From: Octopus vulgaris
Lineage: Eukaryota
Direction of reading: 5' to 3'
Assembly (NCBI GenBank): GCA_951406725.2
Contig: OX597819.1
Coordinates: 127,472,001-127,536,000, forward strand
Length of the DNA: 64,000 nucleotides
Below are positions 26,656-41,576 of this stretch, piece by piece. The notes below the pieces were generated by a model, which was not told the DNA's origin, did no database searches, and saw nothing but the letters and a program-made list of their open reading frames with translations. Every line of letters begins with the position of its first letter. The first letter of the stretch is position 1. The position numbers were made by a program, and so were the translations under genes.

Positions 26656-26709
<54 letters not shown>

Positions 26710-27299
26710 CTTCTCTCTGTTTATATATGTGTTTATTTATGTGTGTATATGGTCGTATATGTGTGTAGTACAAAGTATGCTTATGGTAAATATGTGATTT
26801 ATAAAAATCCACGTTGAAGATGTGCTTTATCCATGAGAGATCTTTGGTGATAGTGAGACCTCCAACAAATGGAACATTTCGATGAGTGTTTCTCCCATCG
26901 ACTACAACATTTCGAAGAAGGATTTACTGGGTCTGGTGCGATTATGTTTTCTTGATAGATTAAGTCTCAACTGTTAAAATATAATCCATGGACAAACATT
27001 AGAACTTCGGTAGCTAACGGAAAAGAGTATCTGACGAGCCATGTATTAGATAATACTATTCAGAAATTACCTACATCACCTGTTCATTAGCGATGTTGAG
27101 AAAATATACAATAAAAGAAACAAAAAAAAAACTATTATAGGCATGAACATGTTTATATACAGGTACGAGTTTAACAAAAGGAATTTAATAACACACACAC
27201 ACACATACACACACACACACACACATCTATTACTTAGCAAGACATCTCTATAGCCATTATGTTAACTGCGAATGAAGACTTTGTGCATTATCCAGCTCT

Positions 27300-29090
27300 C
27301 AAGTTATCTCGTGTCTATTCTTTTACTTTTTTGTCAAAATGAATTCTTTGTCACAACAGCGAGGGTTCTGTGAGCAGGACACTCGAAGAGAAACCTTCCA
27401 CCCCCGCTACACACTCTGCAGCAAAATCTTCGTTGCATACAATTTGCAAATCTCAAATACCCTCTTCTGCATTCCAAGTTTACCTACACAAACGTCACAA
27501 ACGTCGGTCAATTCAAGTCTCTTGATAGGGTCCCTTTTATTACTCTCAAACCATGCAACCTAAAATTTTCCCCTGTACTCACTAAGTCTCTACTTTGATT
27601 CCTCATATTCTACTTTGACCTCTGGAAACTCCCTGCAACGTGTTTCATTACCAAGAAAGACAACCGCACCGACTCTGTCAATTGTCGCTCTAATGCATTC
27701 ACTTCTAATATCTCTCAGATAATGGAGACAGCCATTAACAGTGCTGGCTAATACTTTGAAACTATCGCTCTCTCTCTCCTTCTCCCTCTCTCTCCCTCTC
27801 TCTCCTTCTCTCTCTCATTCTCCTCTCTACTTCTCTCTACTTCTCTCTCTCTAGCCTCTCTCCTTCTTTCTTCTCTCTCTCTCTCTCTTTATCTCTCTCA
27901 CACACACCTTAATGACCTCCAGTAAAGTTTCTGCAAAACCACATCCTCTAGTGATCTATATCTTCCTGTCACCCAACAGTAAACTCTTGCCTTGGAGGAA
28001 TTTGGTCAAAGTAATGTTAATGTCTTCGCATGGCATAAGAATCTTCTATGAAAAACTCCTAGTTGTGGGCTTCATCTCTCTCATTATTCGGAGCTCACAG
28101 TATATTACTCTATTACTGCATGTGGTTATGGAGCTCTCCTTGTCCCTCATTAAATCAAAGGTGATGTCCCACGGTTCGGTCTGATTTTTTACTCACGACC
28201 TTTTAGGCATTAAGGACTTACTTTCCGCTACATCCAACAACACAACCCTCACTCTAATACAAACAATACTAATTATTCCTCACTTACCTCCACCAATTAA
28301 GAATTATACATTCACAACCCCAGACGCAACATTCCAGACTGGCACAAATTCCATGAACAGAAACGTTGATAGCGATCTTCATTCTTTCAAAAGCTAGGAA
28401 ACATAAATGCTGTTCCTTTCAACAAAACATAATCGCACCAGGCCTCGTTAACCATGGGCAACACTCATCAAAATTGTTCCAGTTGTTAGGGGTCGCACTG
28501 TCACCAATAATATCTCATGGATAAAGCGCATCTTCTGCGTAGCTAGGACTGCAGCCCAAAGATTAGCCCTTCTCTTCAAATCCAGAAGATATTTCATCCT
28601 GCAACAATTATAGACACGTTACAGAATTTAGGTAAGGATTTCAACGGAATATTGATCCCACATCGAGAATGGTTGCAGTCAGGTCTTGCATATACACATA
28701 ACTTAAACTGCCCCCGAGAAAAGGGTCACCCGACTGATAAGCATAGTCTTTGAGACATGCTCCAGTCGCAAGCTCGCTCAAGGATGCGCTGTTGTCACAC
28801 TGCATTTTCTACGGCAACTACAATAGCCTCGGCTCCTCTGTGCTTACTGGGCTCATGTCTTCTTCATTGAGGCATTCCCATTCAAATCGTCTTCTCTTCT
28901 CTCATCAGCCTTACTGTATCCCTCCCCAACTCACCCCACTAATCATTAAGTTCATTCCTTTTTTCTCAGAACTTCGGCTCACTAGATTTCCTTCCCTGCT
29001 CATATCTTTACTGGAGGAATTGGATTCCATAAGTTCAAGAGGAGCCTTAATGACATCAATCTCACTGATCAAGAACAGCCTACAAAATTT
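27300..29090 (+). mobile_element. Highly degenerate CR1/L2-group LINE RT region
   Basis: Manual translation gives WKLP...ITKKDNRTDSVNCRSNAFTSNISQIMETAIN (cf. WK.A.V.PI.KKGD......NYRPI.LTS..SK.ME), WHKNLL, a PHGSV remnant of PQGSV, and VTNNISW; many stops and frameshifts. Confidence 0.75.
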
Positions 29091-29143
29091 ATAAACGCAC
29101 AATCTATCTTCAAATACAGCAAATTATAAATAGCATATATATA

Positions 29144-29308
29144 GGCGCAAGAGAGGCTGTGTGGTAAGTAGCTTGCTTACCAACCACTTTGTTCCGGGTT
29201 AAGTCCCACTGCGTGGCATCTTGGGCAAGTGTCTTCTACTATAGCCTCGGGCCGACCAAAGCTTTGTGAGTGGATTTGGTAAACGGAAACTGAAAGAAGC
29301 TCGTCGTA

Positions 29309-29353
<45 letters not shown>

Positions 29354-29563
29354 GTGTGTATGTTTGTGTGTCCGTATCTGTCCCCCTAGCATTGCTTGAC
29401 AACAGATGCTGGTGTGTTTATGTCCCCGTCACTTAGCGGTTCGGCAAAAGAGGCTGATAGATTACGTACTAGGCTTACAAAGAATAAGTCCCGGGGTCGA
29501 TTTGCTCGACTAAAGGCGGTGCTCCAGCATGGCCGCAGTCAAATGACTGAAACAAGTTAAGGA
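29144..29563 (+). mobile_element. SINE family A
   Basis: Near-identical to 4838-5265. Confidence 0.9.
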
Positions 29564-30591
29564 GCATAACAGGAAGAATTTTAAGATTCTATCATATTTT
29601 TGCTCTTCATTGAGAGGCAAGGAAGGAACGTTAATTAAATACGGATCAACATCTCTTCTCTGGTGTTCAGGAATTCAATGCACATCATGATTTCTTTCTT
29701 TTTTTTTTGTCTTTTTGAGAATGTAAATGTGCGGTGCATATGCTTTTTTTCTCAAATCCTTAACGATCGTATACGAATCACTGTTAGGTGTATTCCTGTG
29801 CAAAGAAGGTATTTTTAAGTCTGTACATAGATGCGTGTGAATGTCTGAATAAGTGAAGTGTCGTCCATTGTAAGTGTCTTGATGTTTTTGGTTTCATGTG
29901 TATATATTGCCTCTGTGTACGTATGTATATGTATGTGTGTGTATGTGTGTATGTGTGTATGTGGGCCTGTGTGTGAACACGTGTTCGCATGTTTGTATTT
30001 AAGTTTCTGCATTGCTTAGTAAAACTAAATGAATATATAATTATGTGTGGGCGTACCTGTGTCTAATACGTGTTTTGAAATAAGTGTTTGTGAATGAGTA
30101 TTTGTGTGTTGTGCCCCCAATGTATGGTATATAGGTGTGCATGTGTGTTTATAATTGTTCATGATATTGTGCATGTGTGTGTGTACGTCTTAGATGTCTT
30201 AGATGTAACAGGCTTTCTCTATTGTTTACGTATCTATATCATTCTCAGGAGATTTCATTGACGGTCATTTTCTGCTCTAGTTAGTACGGTAAGGTGCCGA
30301 CATCCAGACGCACTTTCCTTTCAAGCGCTAAACTGCCGTACAAAGAGCCTCGAAGATATGAGTGTAGTGGGGGGGGGAGGCCTGAAAGGTGACATTACAA
30401 AAACAACATGCTGAAGCAGAAGTCGCAAATATGAAACTGTGGCTTTATAAATGAAATGAATAAGAGGTTGTAGAGAGAAAACAAAGAAAGAGGAAAATAC
30501 TCGCTGTGTTAGCAATTAGGAAGAATGGCAGGTATATGTAGATGGATCGGTAGGTAGGTGAATATATACATACATACATACACACACACAT

Positions 30592-30647
<56 letters not shown>

Positions 30648-30652
30648 CATAT

Positions 30653-30783
<131 letters not shown>

Positions 30784-30794
30784 TATATAGAAAA

Positions 30795-31009
30795 TTACAC
30801 ATAAATGCCTCACACTAAGAGGGACATAAGTCATTTCTACCAAAAATTTCACTAATCATACCCAATGCAGTTTTTCAAAGCAAGACATTATTCATTTCAT
30901 TTCATTTTTTTTTAAATGTCTTGCTTTGAAAAACTGCATTGGGTATGATTAGTGAAATTTTTGGTAGAAATGACTTATGTCCCTCTTAGTGTGAGGCATT
31001 TATGTGTAA
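30795..31009. repeat. Perfect hairpin, about 95-bp arms
   Basis: 30795-30889 is the reverse complement of 30915-31009; 25-nt loop. Confidence 0.9.
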
Positions 31010-31178
31010 CAATGCCCTCTATATAATATAAATTAATATGTTCAAAAGAAATAAATTATTTTCGAATTTTTTCTCTTATGAGGTTTTGCACGCTATCTAC
31101 CTGATGATTTCTTGTTAAGATTCCTTATTAAGAAGTTATCCTTAATTGTTAAATATATATATATATACATACATATAC

Positions 31179-31226
<48 letters not shown>

Positions 31227-31392
31227 CATACCCACACCCACATATACATATATGAAATGAATAAGAGGTTATAGAGAGAAAATAAAGAGGAAAATACTCG
31301 CTGTGTTAGCAATTAGGAAGAATGGCAGGTATATGTAGATGGATCGGTAGGTAGGTGAATATATACATACATACATACATACACACACACAT

Positions 31393-31440
<48 letters not shown>

Positions 31441-31445
<5 letters not shown>

Positions 31446-31745
31446 GCCATTGAATGTGCTAGGACAGGGTGTGGGGTGTTACTGATCATTTAGCCCAGGC
31501 GACTATAGACACCAGACACACCATCATACAAGATACGGATATACACAGGACCGGTTTCGAGGTGGTCGTCGACTACGAGAGGCGACCACCTCGACCGGTC
31601 CGTGTGTAGCATCCGTATCTTCGGGAGGTGATCTCCTTACAGGCTAGCAGGACACCGTGATGGTGTCGGCTCTCCTGGTGACGTCTATAGTCGCCTGGAC
31701 ATCAGTCACCCCCACCCCCGCCCTGTCCAGCCACATTCAGTGGTG
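31441..31745. repeat. GC-rich imperfect palindrome within (TA)n
   Basis: AGATACGGAT...GACCGG..TCGAGGTGGTCG / CGACCACCTCGACCGGTC...ATCCGTATCT at the centre; CCAGGCGACTATAGAC / GTCTATAGTCGCCTGG further out. Confidence 0.75.
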
Positions 31746-31773
31746 GTCCCTTATATTAGCGTTACTGTTTATA

Positions 31774-32176
<403 letters not shown>

Positions 32177-32381
32177 TAATATGTTCAAAAGAAAAAAATT
32201 ATTTTCGAATTTTTTCTCTTATGAGGTTTTTCCCGCTATCTACCTGATGATTTCTTGTTAAGATTCCTTATTAAGAAGTTATCCTTAATTGTTGTAGAAA
32301 GAATAGCTATTACTCTTTGACTGCTATTTCTAAATTCGGTGTGTGGTGAGGCAATTCGTTGCTAAACCCTTAATTGCTTAG

Positions 32382-32415
<34 letters not shown>

Positions 32416-32440
32416 CACCCATACCGACACCCACATATAC

Positions 32441-32523
<83 letters not shown>

Positions 32524-33217
32524 GAGAGAGAGAGAGAGACAGAGAGAGACAGACAGACAGACAAAAGGCAGACAATCAGACAGTCAGACAGGAATTGAAA
32601 GTCAGATGGAACATAGAAAGATACATAATTCGATTGGCAGATTAGAAAATAAATTGTTTTACGTATTTGCTTATATTTACACATACATACGGAAAAGAAA
32701 TAATCCGGAAAATAAATAGAACCTCTGTCATTTTCAACAGATTATCCCCGTTCTTCAATCTACAGAACAATTTGTATATTTATTTCACATTTTAGCATAA
32801 GTTCAGTAATTTCGAGGGAATGGGTAATTCGATTACATCGGCCGAGCGTTCGATTGGTGCTTATTCTATCAATCTCGAAACGACGAAAAGCAAAGTCGAC
32901 CACGGCTGGATTTGAACGCAGAACGTAAAGACGGACGCAAGCACAGGAATATTAAATTATAGAGTAAGGCGGCGAGCTGGCAGAATCGTTAGCACGTCGG
33001 GCAAAATGCGAAGTGATATTTCAGCTCTTTATGTTCTCAGTTCGAATTCCACCGAGGCTAAATTTGCTTACAGACACACATACCAACAAACATTCGCATG
33101 CACAAGTGCACACGCCTGCACACATTTACACCCACCCGATCAAAGAAAGAATACATCTGTTTTCGGGTGGCACTACGTGGAAATACAAACAACAATGCTA
33201 ATAAAAGCATCCGAAAT

Positions 33218-33447
33218 AATTCTTTACTACCCACAAGGGGCTAAACACAGAGAGGACAAACATGGACAGACAAACGGATTAAGTCGATTATATCGACCCC
33301 AGTGCGTAACTGGTACTTATTTAATCGACCCCGAAAGGATGAAAGGCAAAGTCGACCTCGGCGGAATTTGAACTCAGAACGTAACGGCAGACGAAATACG
33401 GCTACGCATTTCGCCCCGTGTGCTAACGTTTCTGCCAGCTCGCCGCC
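33218..33447 (-). mobile_element. SINE family B
   Basis: Full-length match; TSD GCATCCGAAATAA. Older partial copies at about 32810-32940 (-) and 32967-33070 (+). Confidence 0.9.
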
Positions 33448-33526
33448 TTAAACGCATCCGAAATAAGAACCTCTAAAATATTGAGATATCATTCCTTCTA
33501 AAAAATAATTAATAACAATAAAGAGG

Positions 33527-33598
<72 letters not shown>

Positions 33599-33971
33599 GA
33601 CAGTATACATTATCGAGTCATAACCTTCCTATTCAAGGGGGAAATTCCATGGTATAATTACGTTTAGCTGTCTAACGGGATCAACATTTTTAGCTCTTAA
33701 CAAAACGGAAGATAACTGGGGTGGTGACACGGGTTAACATTCTAGAAAAGAGAGGAAATCAATGAGATGGACAATAGTGATTGAATCTGTGTGTACTTGT
33801 ACACACACACACACACACACACATACAAACACACACGAGTGCACACATACATGTACACACCTTCTCACACACATAGGTATGAATTTATGTATTTCGGTAT
33901 GTGCGTATGTTTGAACACACACACATGTATGTGTGTGCGTGCGTGAGTTCGTGTGTGTGTGTGTGTGTGTA

Positions 33972-34041
<70 letters not shown>

Positions 34042-34286
34042 CATATCGACACGACGTATGAATAGTCGGGGTGGAAGTTATGGCATTGCTGTCAAATCTT
34101 TTCAAGTTCACTAAATTCGCTATGTGACAAACACTTCTATTTTCTCCCGGTGTAGCGACGTCGTAAAGATGATGGTGACGATAAAGATGATGACGATGAT
34201 GATGATGATGATGACGACGGCGACTATCATCACTACTACCACTACACCACGACGTCATCATCATCATCATCGTCATCATCATCTAG

Positions 34287-34698
34287 TTCTTTACTGCCCA
34301 CAAGGGGCTAAACACAGAGGGGACAAACAAGAACAGACAAACGGATTAAGTCGATTACATCGACCCCAGTGCGTAACTGATACTTATTTAATCGACCCCG
34401 AAAGGATGAAAGACAAAGTCGACCTCGGCGGAATTTGAACTCAGAACGTAACAGCAGAGGAAATACCTATTTCTTTACTGCCCACAAGGGGCTAAACACA
34501 GAGGGGACAAACAAGGACAGTTAAACGGATTAAGTCGATTACATCGACCCCAGTGCGTAACCGGCACTTATTTAATCGACCCCGAAAGGATGAAAGGCAA
34601 AGTCGACCACGGCGGAATTTGAACTCACAACGTAGCGGCAGACTGAATATGGCTACGCATTTGGTCCGGCGTGCTAACGTCTCTGCCAGCTCGCCGCC
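34287..34698 (-). mobile_element. SINE family B, tandem dimer
   Basis: One full copy plus a second 3' portion in tandem. Confidence 0.9.
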
Positions 34699-34969
34699 GT
34701 TAATCGTCATCATCATCATCATCGTCATCATCATCATCATCATCGTCATCATCGTCATCGTCATCGTCATCTTCATCATTGTCGCCGGCATGAGCTTCAT
34801 CTTCGTTTCACATCATACAAACTTCAACCTGTCTTTCTAATATCCCACTCATCGGACGCTCGTGTGGCAAATGAAAGAAATCGTTGTTGCTATTGTTGCT
34901 GTTGTTATTGTTGTTATTGTTGTTGTTGTTGTTCTTATTCTTCTTCTCCTTCTCCTTCTTCTTCTTGTT

Positions 34970-35004
34970 CTTTATTATTATTATTATTATTATTATTATT
35001 GATA

Positions 35005-35059
<55 letters not shown>

Positions 35060-35067
35060 CACCATTA

Positions 35068-35117
<50 letters not shown>

Positions 35118-35146
35118 GATATTATTATTATTATTATTATTATTGA

Positions 35147-35197
<51 letters not shown>

Positions 35198-35200
35198 CAC

Positions 35201-35234
<34 letters not shown>

Positions 35235-35259
35235 GATATCATTATTATTATTATTATTA

Positions 35260-35320
<61 letters not shown>

Positions 35321-35328
35321 CACCATTA

Positions 35329-35360
<32 letters not shown>

Positions 35361-35364
35361 GATA

Positions 35365-35402
<38 letters not shown>

Positions 35403-35434
35403 ATATCAATTATAATAATAATAATAATAATAAC

Positions 35435-35485
<51 letters not shown>
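34970..35485. repeat. Long (ATT)n tract switching to (AAT)n
   Basis: Seen directly; switch at about 35405. Confidence 0.95.
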
Positions 35486-35486
<1 letters not shown>

Positions 35487-36030
35487 GTTTTCCCTCTACC
35501 TTCTGTTCGGAGCAATATAATAGGCGTTCTGTTTTATTGAAGGTGGATGACTAATGCGCTGTCTCGTCTTGTTCATGGACTTCCGTATAGGTGAATGAAC
35601 TGAGTTATTTCAATCCCCAATCCAAACTGACAAGAACAGCCTCATGAAACGAAAGACAAGAAGAAAGGAATAAATAACGAAAAGAAATATATCAAATATA
35701 ATAATAAAAAGTTTTCGTGGGGAAAAAGAAGACGGAGTAAATTATGAAGAAGATGTAAAAAAAAAAAAAAAACAATAATAAACAGGAGAAGAAGAAGAAG
35801 AAGGAGAAGAAGAAGAAGAAGAAGAAGAAGAAGAAGAAGAAGAAGAAGAAAGAAGAAGAAGAAGAAGAAGAAGAAGAAGAAGAAGAAGAAGAAGAAGATG
35901 AAGAAGAATAAGGAACTACAAGACGACGGCAGTGGTGATGATGATAATGACAGCCATAAATATAGGCTAGAAGGTGCAAAATATATAGACGGTATGGAAG
36001 ATGATGGAAGAGACGAAAAGGAAGAGAAAG

Positions 36031-36150
<120 letters not shown>

Positions 36151-36214
36151 TATATAGATATGTATATATATATGTGTATATATGCACATATATCTCTACA
36201 CACATACGCATATG

Positions 36215-36282
<68 letters not shown>

Positions 36283-36785
36283 ATATTTATATAATTCGGG
36301 ATCAGGTTTATTAGCATCCATGAGTATACTCTTGATATTGTAAGAATGCAATTCTTACATTCATTTTCTTTTCTCCTGTCCTTGAATACAAAAGAATGGC
36401 TATGAAATATTTGATATTCTCATGAACAGACCTGAAGTACTTTCTGAACTGGTAAGTTAAAAGCATATATTCTTGTTGAATATTAAATCTGATATTGAAT
36501 AGATATGCTTGTATAGAGATGATGGGTTCAAAATTTATTTTTAATATATACGATCCCATTTCAGTTTGACGAGATGAAAATATATTCCTACAAAGATTCA
36601 AATATTACGAAATTGCAATCCGCTCAAAGAACATATTTACGAAGAGCAGATGTTATTATTTTAGAGCTACTGTAAGTTCGCACGATTTGCTAAAGATAGC
36701 AGCAAAACCTGTTTCAACTCACTCTTTCTCGCCTATAAAGAAAAGGAAGGACACAATGGTAAATACATTCACTGATATATTGCAT

Positions 36786-37245
36786 CTTTACTCTTTACTC
36801 TTTTATTTGTTTCAATCATTTGACTGTTGCCATGCTGGAGCACCCCTTTAGTCGAGCAGATCGACCCCAGGACTTATTCTTTGGATGCCTAGTACTTATT
36901 CTATCGGTCTCTATTGCCGAACCGCTAAGTTACAGGGACGTAAACACACCACCATGGGTTGTCAAGCGATGCTGGAGGGACAAACACAGACACACAAACA
37001 TATACACAAACACACAAACATATACACACACATACATATACATACACATATATACATATATATATACATACACACATATATACGACGGGCTTCTTTCAGT
37101 TTCCGTCTACCAAATCCACTCACAAGGCTTTGGTTGGCCCGAGGCTATAGTAGAAGACACTTGCCCAAGGTGCCACGCAGTAGGACTGAACCCGGAACCA
37201 TGTGGTTCGTAAGCAAGCTACTTAACACACAGCCACTCCTACGCC
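36786..37245 (-). mobile_element. SINE family A
   Basis: Reverse complement of the 4838 type. Confidence 0.9.
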
Positions 37246-37561
37246 TGTAAAGAACTTAACTTTCTCGTCTTGAATATATTTGAAAGTATGTCTACTTGTG
37301 AAAGAGTGACGTGGAGCTAAAAAACGAAAGCATCAACAGCAACAAATGCATTAGAAGCCGTGTTGCTATATGAAACGATCAGAAACCATAGATATAAGTC
37401 GTGTGTGCATAGAACGAATGTATGAGTCGATCGATAAATAACTTTCATTTTGGTTAAATGGGAAATTTCCGAAGCAGGCATATACCCTGCTAGAAATAGT
37501 TTCCAAACCAATCACACATCACACTTTACCCTCTTAAAACTAAAATGAAGCACACATGCGT

Positions 37562-37740
37562 ATACTCTTTACTCTTTTACTTGTTTCAGTCATTTGAGTG
37601 CGGCCATGCTGGAGCACCGCCCCCAGTCGAGCAAATCGACCCCGGGACTTATTCTTTTGCCGATCCACTAAGTGACGGGGACGTAAACACATCACCATCG
37701 GTTGTCAAGCAATGCTAGGGGGACAAACAGAGACATACAA

Positions 37741-37775
<35 letters not shown>

Positions 37776-37946
37776 CATATATACGACGGGCTTCTTTCAG
37801 TTTCCGTCTACCAAATCCACTCACAAGGCATTGGTCGGCCCGGGGCTATAGCAGAAGACACTTGCCCAAGATGCCACGCAGTGGGACTGAACCCGGAACC
37901 ATGTGGTTGGTTAGCAAGCTATTTACCACACAGCCACTCCTGCGCC
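37562..37946 (-). mobile_element. SINE family A
   Basis: Reverse complement of the 4838 type with an internal deletion. Confidence 0.9.
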
Positions 37947-38626
37947 TATAGAGCATCAAAATAGAGCGTATTTTTATTTTGATTTTGATTTTGATTGGAT
38001 GATGAACGTAGAATAAAGAACGCAGAATAATCACTTACGTTTGCTCAAGATTAGCCTGGAGTTGAACAAATAAATAAATAAATACATTCGCTGAAATAGA
38101 GCCATATACAACTTCGAGAAGCAGGTAGCTTGCAATTAATGTAGAGTGTCGGCGATTATTTAATAGATCTCAAACTTTAAACTTCAAATGTATTTCAGTA
38201 GGTGCATATTTGTCTCTGATAATTATAATATTCCATTACAGACGTTCGTGATTTTGCATAAAAATTGGAATTGGTAAATCCCCTTCAGTCACTTTCATTG
38301 TGACGTACTGTGGAATATCTTTGAAGTAATAATTGCTTAAAATATTATATATCCTAAATGAAAGACGGTACTATATTAAAAATATATAATAAAGTTTCAG
38401 TGACTTATCTACACTAAAACTTCAACAAAATCCGCTTCTTCCATGGGTTCTTAGAATCCCACCAATCCACCAAACTAGTTTGGTACTTTTATTTAACCAG
38501 CTCAAAAGAAGAAAGGCGAATATGACTTTGGTGATATTTGAACTCAAATTGCATAGGCTGGGAGTAAATGCAGCGAGACATTCTATCCGAAGAGCTGGCG
38601 ACTCTTGGTGCAGTATAGATATATAT

Positions 38627-38856
38627 ATTTCTTTATTACCCACAAGGGGCTAAACACAGAGAGGCCAAACAAGGACAAACACACGGATTAAGTCGATTAC
38701 ATCGAACACAGTATGTAACTGGTACTTATTTAATCGACCCCGAAAGAATGAAAGGTAAAGTCGACCTAGGCGGAATTTGAACTCAGAACGTAGCGGCAGA
38801 CGAAATACTGCTAAGCATTTCGCCCGGTGCGCTAACGTTTCTGCCAGCTCGCCGCC
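38627..38856 (-). mobile_element. SINE family B
   Basis: Full-length match. Confidence 0.9.
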
Positions 38857-38929
38857 TTTCGGCGCAGAATAGATATATAGATACATATACACATATGTGT
38901 ATATCATTTAGTATATCTATTACTAAATG

Positions 38930-38963
<34 letters not shown>

Positions 38964-39069
38964 GTTAATCAATGAAATTTCAACCTAGTCTGATTTTCAC
39001 GTAATATTATTTACAACTTTTACAATTTTACAATATTATAATAATAGGGTTTCATATATTTATCGTGAT

Positions 39070-39108
39070 AGAACAAGTACTTTCATGCGTTATGCAATCA
39101 TCATGTTT

Positions 39109-39109
<1 letters not shown>
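39070..39109 (-). ncRNA. Degenerate minimal hammerhead
   Basis: Minus strand: aaac ATGATGA t-tgc-ataac-gca-t GAAA gtac TT gttc; C3A core change, palindromic AGTACT. Confidence 0.5.
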
Positions 39110-39203
<94 letters not shown>

Positions 39204-39741
39204 TTGATGTGAAAGTTGTGCTTCACAAGTGACAGTTGTAGTGGAATGATTAAATTTGCCCTTAAATACCTCCCGATGGACTCCACCAGGCTGAATTTTA
39301 CAAACTGTATTTTGACCAATCGGTATGTGGCTTAGATGCCACGGTTTGGTGGGGGTCAAACAGACAAATACATACATACATACATACATACATTGCCCAG
39401 ATAAGACATATGAGAGAGTAGACGTTTATACCATTTGCTGATAGCTGTTGCGGTATCGGTGTTTGTCGATATCACAGCTCCTACATCATCCAGAATACAT
39501 ATATAAATAAATATTAATGAATATATATATATATATAAGTATACGCATAAAAGCAATTATACTGTAACATAATGAACGGAATACACTGAACAGCGAAACA
39601 CGTCGAGTGAAACATCAGACGCCGCTAGAATTAGTCAATTTTACTCATTATATAGTAGAAGACAATAGATGTATTTGGAAGGATTCCACCATTTACAAGT
39701 AGTAGAATATTTGGATTGTACGAAGAAACGATATCATTTTT

Positions 39742-39780
<39 letters not shown>

Positions 39781-39914
39781 ATATGTATGTATATATGTAT
39801 ATATATATATACATAAATATACATACATACATACATACATATATTGCCATCTAAATGCAGTGGTCCCATAGAGGACATGTGTGTGTGTGTCTATGTGTGT
39901 ATGTGTATATATAT

Positions 39915-40260
39915 TATTTTACTCTTATACTTGTTTCAGTCATTTGACTGCGGCCATGCTGGTGCACCGCCTTTAGTCGAGCAAATTGTCCCCAGAGCTT
40001 TTTCTTTGTAAGCCTCGTACTTATTCTATCGGTCTCTCTTGCCGAACTGCTAGGTTACACCAACATCTGTTGTCAAGCGATGTTGACGCAGACACACAAA
40101 TATATACACACATAGACATATATATATATAAACATATACAATGGGCTTCTTTCAGTTTCCGTCTTTCGTTGGCCCGAGGCTATAGTAGAAGACACAGTTG
40201 GATTGAACACGGGACCATGCGGTTGGTAAGCAAGCTTCTTACCACACAGCCACTCCTGCA
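39915..40260 (-). mobile_element. SINE family A (several deletions)
   Basis: Matches family A head and tail. Confidence 0.85.
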
Positions 40261-40282
40261 TCTAGCTATCAATATATATATT

Positions 40283-40323
<41 letters not shown>

Positions 40324-40324
40324 A

Positions 40325-40405
<81 letters not shown>

Positions 40406-40518
40406 GTGTGTGTGTGTTTATATTTATACATATATACACAAGCATATATATGGAGATAGATAGATAGATTGATAGATAGATAGATAGATAGTTAGATAGA
40501 TTGATAGATAGGCAGATG

Positions 40519-40560
<42 letters not shown>

Positions 40561-40577
40561 CAAACAGACAGACAGAC

Positions 40578-40650
<73 letters not shown>

Positions 40651-41538
40651 TACATACACGCATTCGTGCGTATGAATATTTATGAGCGGCTGAAGCGTGT
40701 GTGTGTTACTTCCCAGAAAGTTCTAAGTTCAAATCCGTAGCATAGTACTTGATTTTCACGAACTCCTTCGTTATCTAAAGTGAGTACGATAACACAAGTT
40801 CTTTTCGTATATGTTGCACCGAGAATAATTTTGTAATTCTGTGTTAGTATTTTTGTCTGTGTGTATGTTTGTGTGTGTGTGTGTGTATAGACATACATAC
40901 ATACATACATACATACAAATAGTTATATATTGTTATATATAAAGAGAAAATAAAATATGAAGTAGTGATAAGCATTCCTCTCTTAAAATATCATTCAATT
41001 CCGAGAGCAAGGGTGCCAAAATCTGCAAAAAAGGATGTACATAGGATTTCTTTTGCCAAGTGGAAAGCGAAAAATAATAATAAGAGCAATAATAATTCAA
41101 AGCCTTCCTTCAGATCAAAGAGTAGAGCTAGATTAAAATAAAAAGAAAGGAATAAGTATTAAGTTGAATATGAGGAAAAATATGGCGATGCTACTTACTT
41201 TGAAAGATTAAGTCAACATGAAGAATATCAAATTTCCTAGACAGACTAAGGGGAAAAGAAAAAAAAAACATGAAATAACACAAGTTATTAGGAAATAATT
41301 TAACGATAAAACGAAATGTACACACTTACAAACGCAGACTTGCAGACACACGCACATGCGCACACATGTACGCAAAGACATTCACGCCTCTACATGCACG
41401 CACGCACACACACACCAACACACACACACACACACATATGCATATGTATAGATATTTATAGCTACATACATAGGTACGTGTTAAAACGGGAGAAAATGCT
41501 GAAATCATTATTTAATGCGCAATGTATGTTCTTTTGTG

Positions 41539-41576
<38 letters not shown>

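Noticed and set aside
27025-27075. CTGACGA...GAAA match
   Set aside because: No stem III/UH or stem I complement; likely chance.
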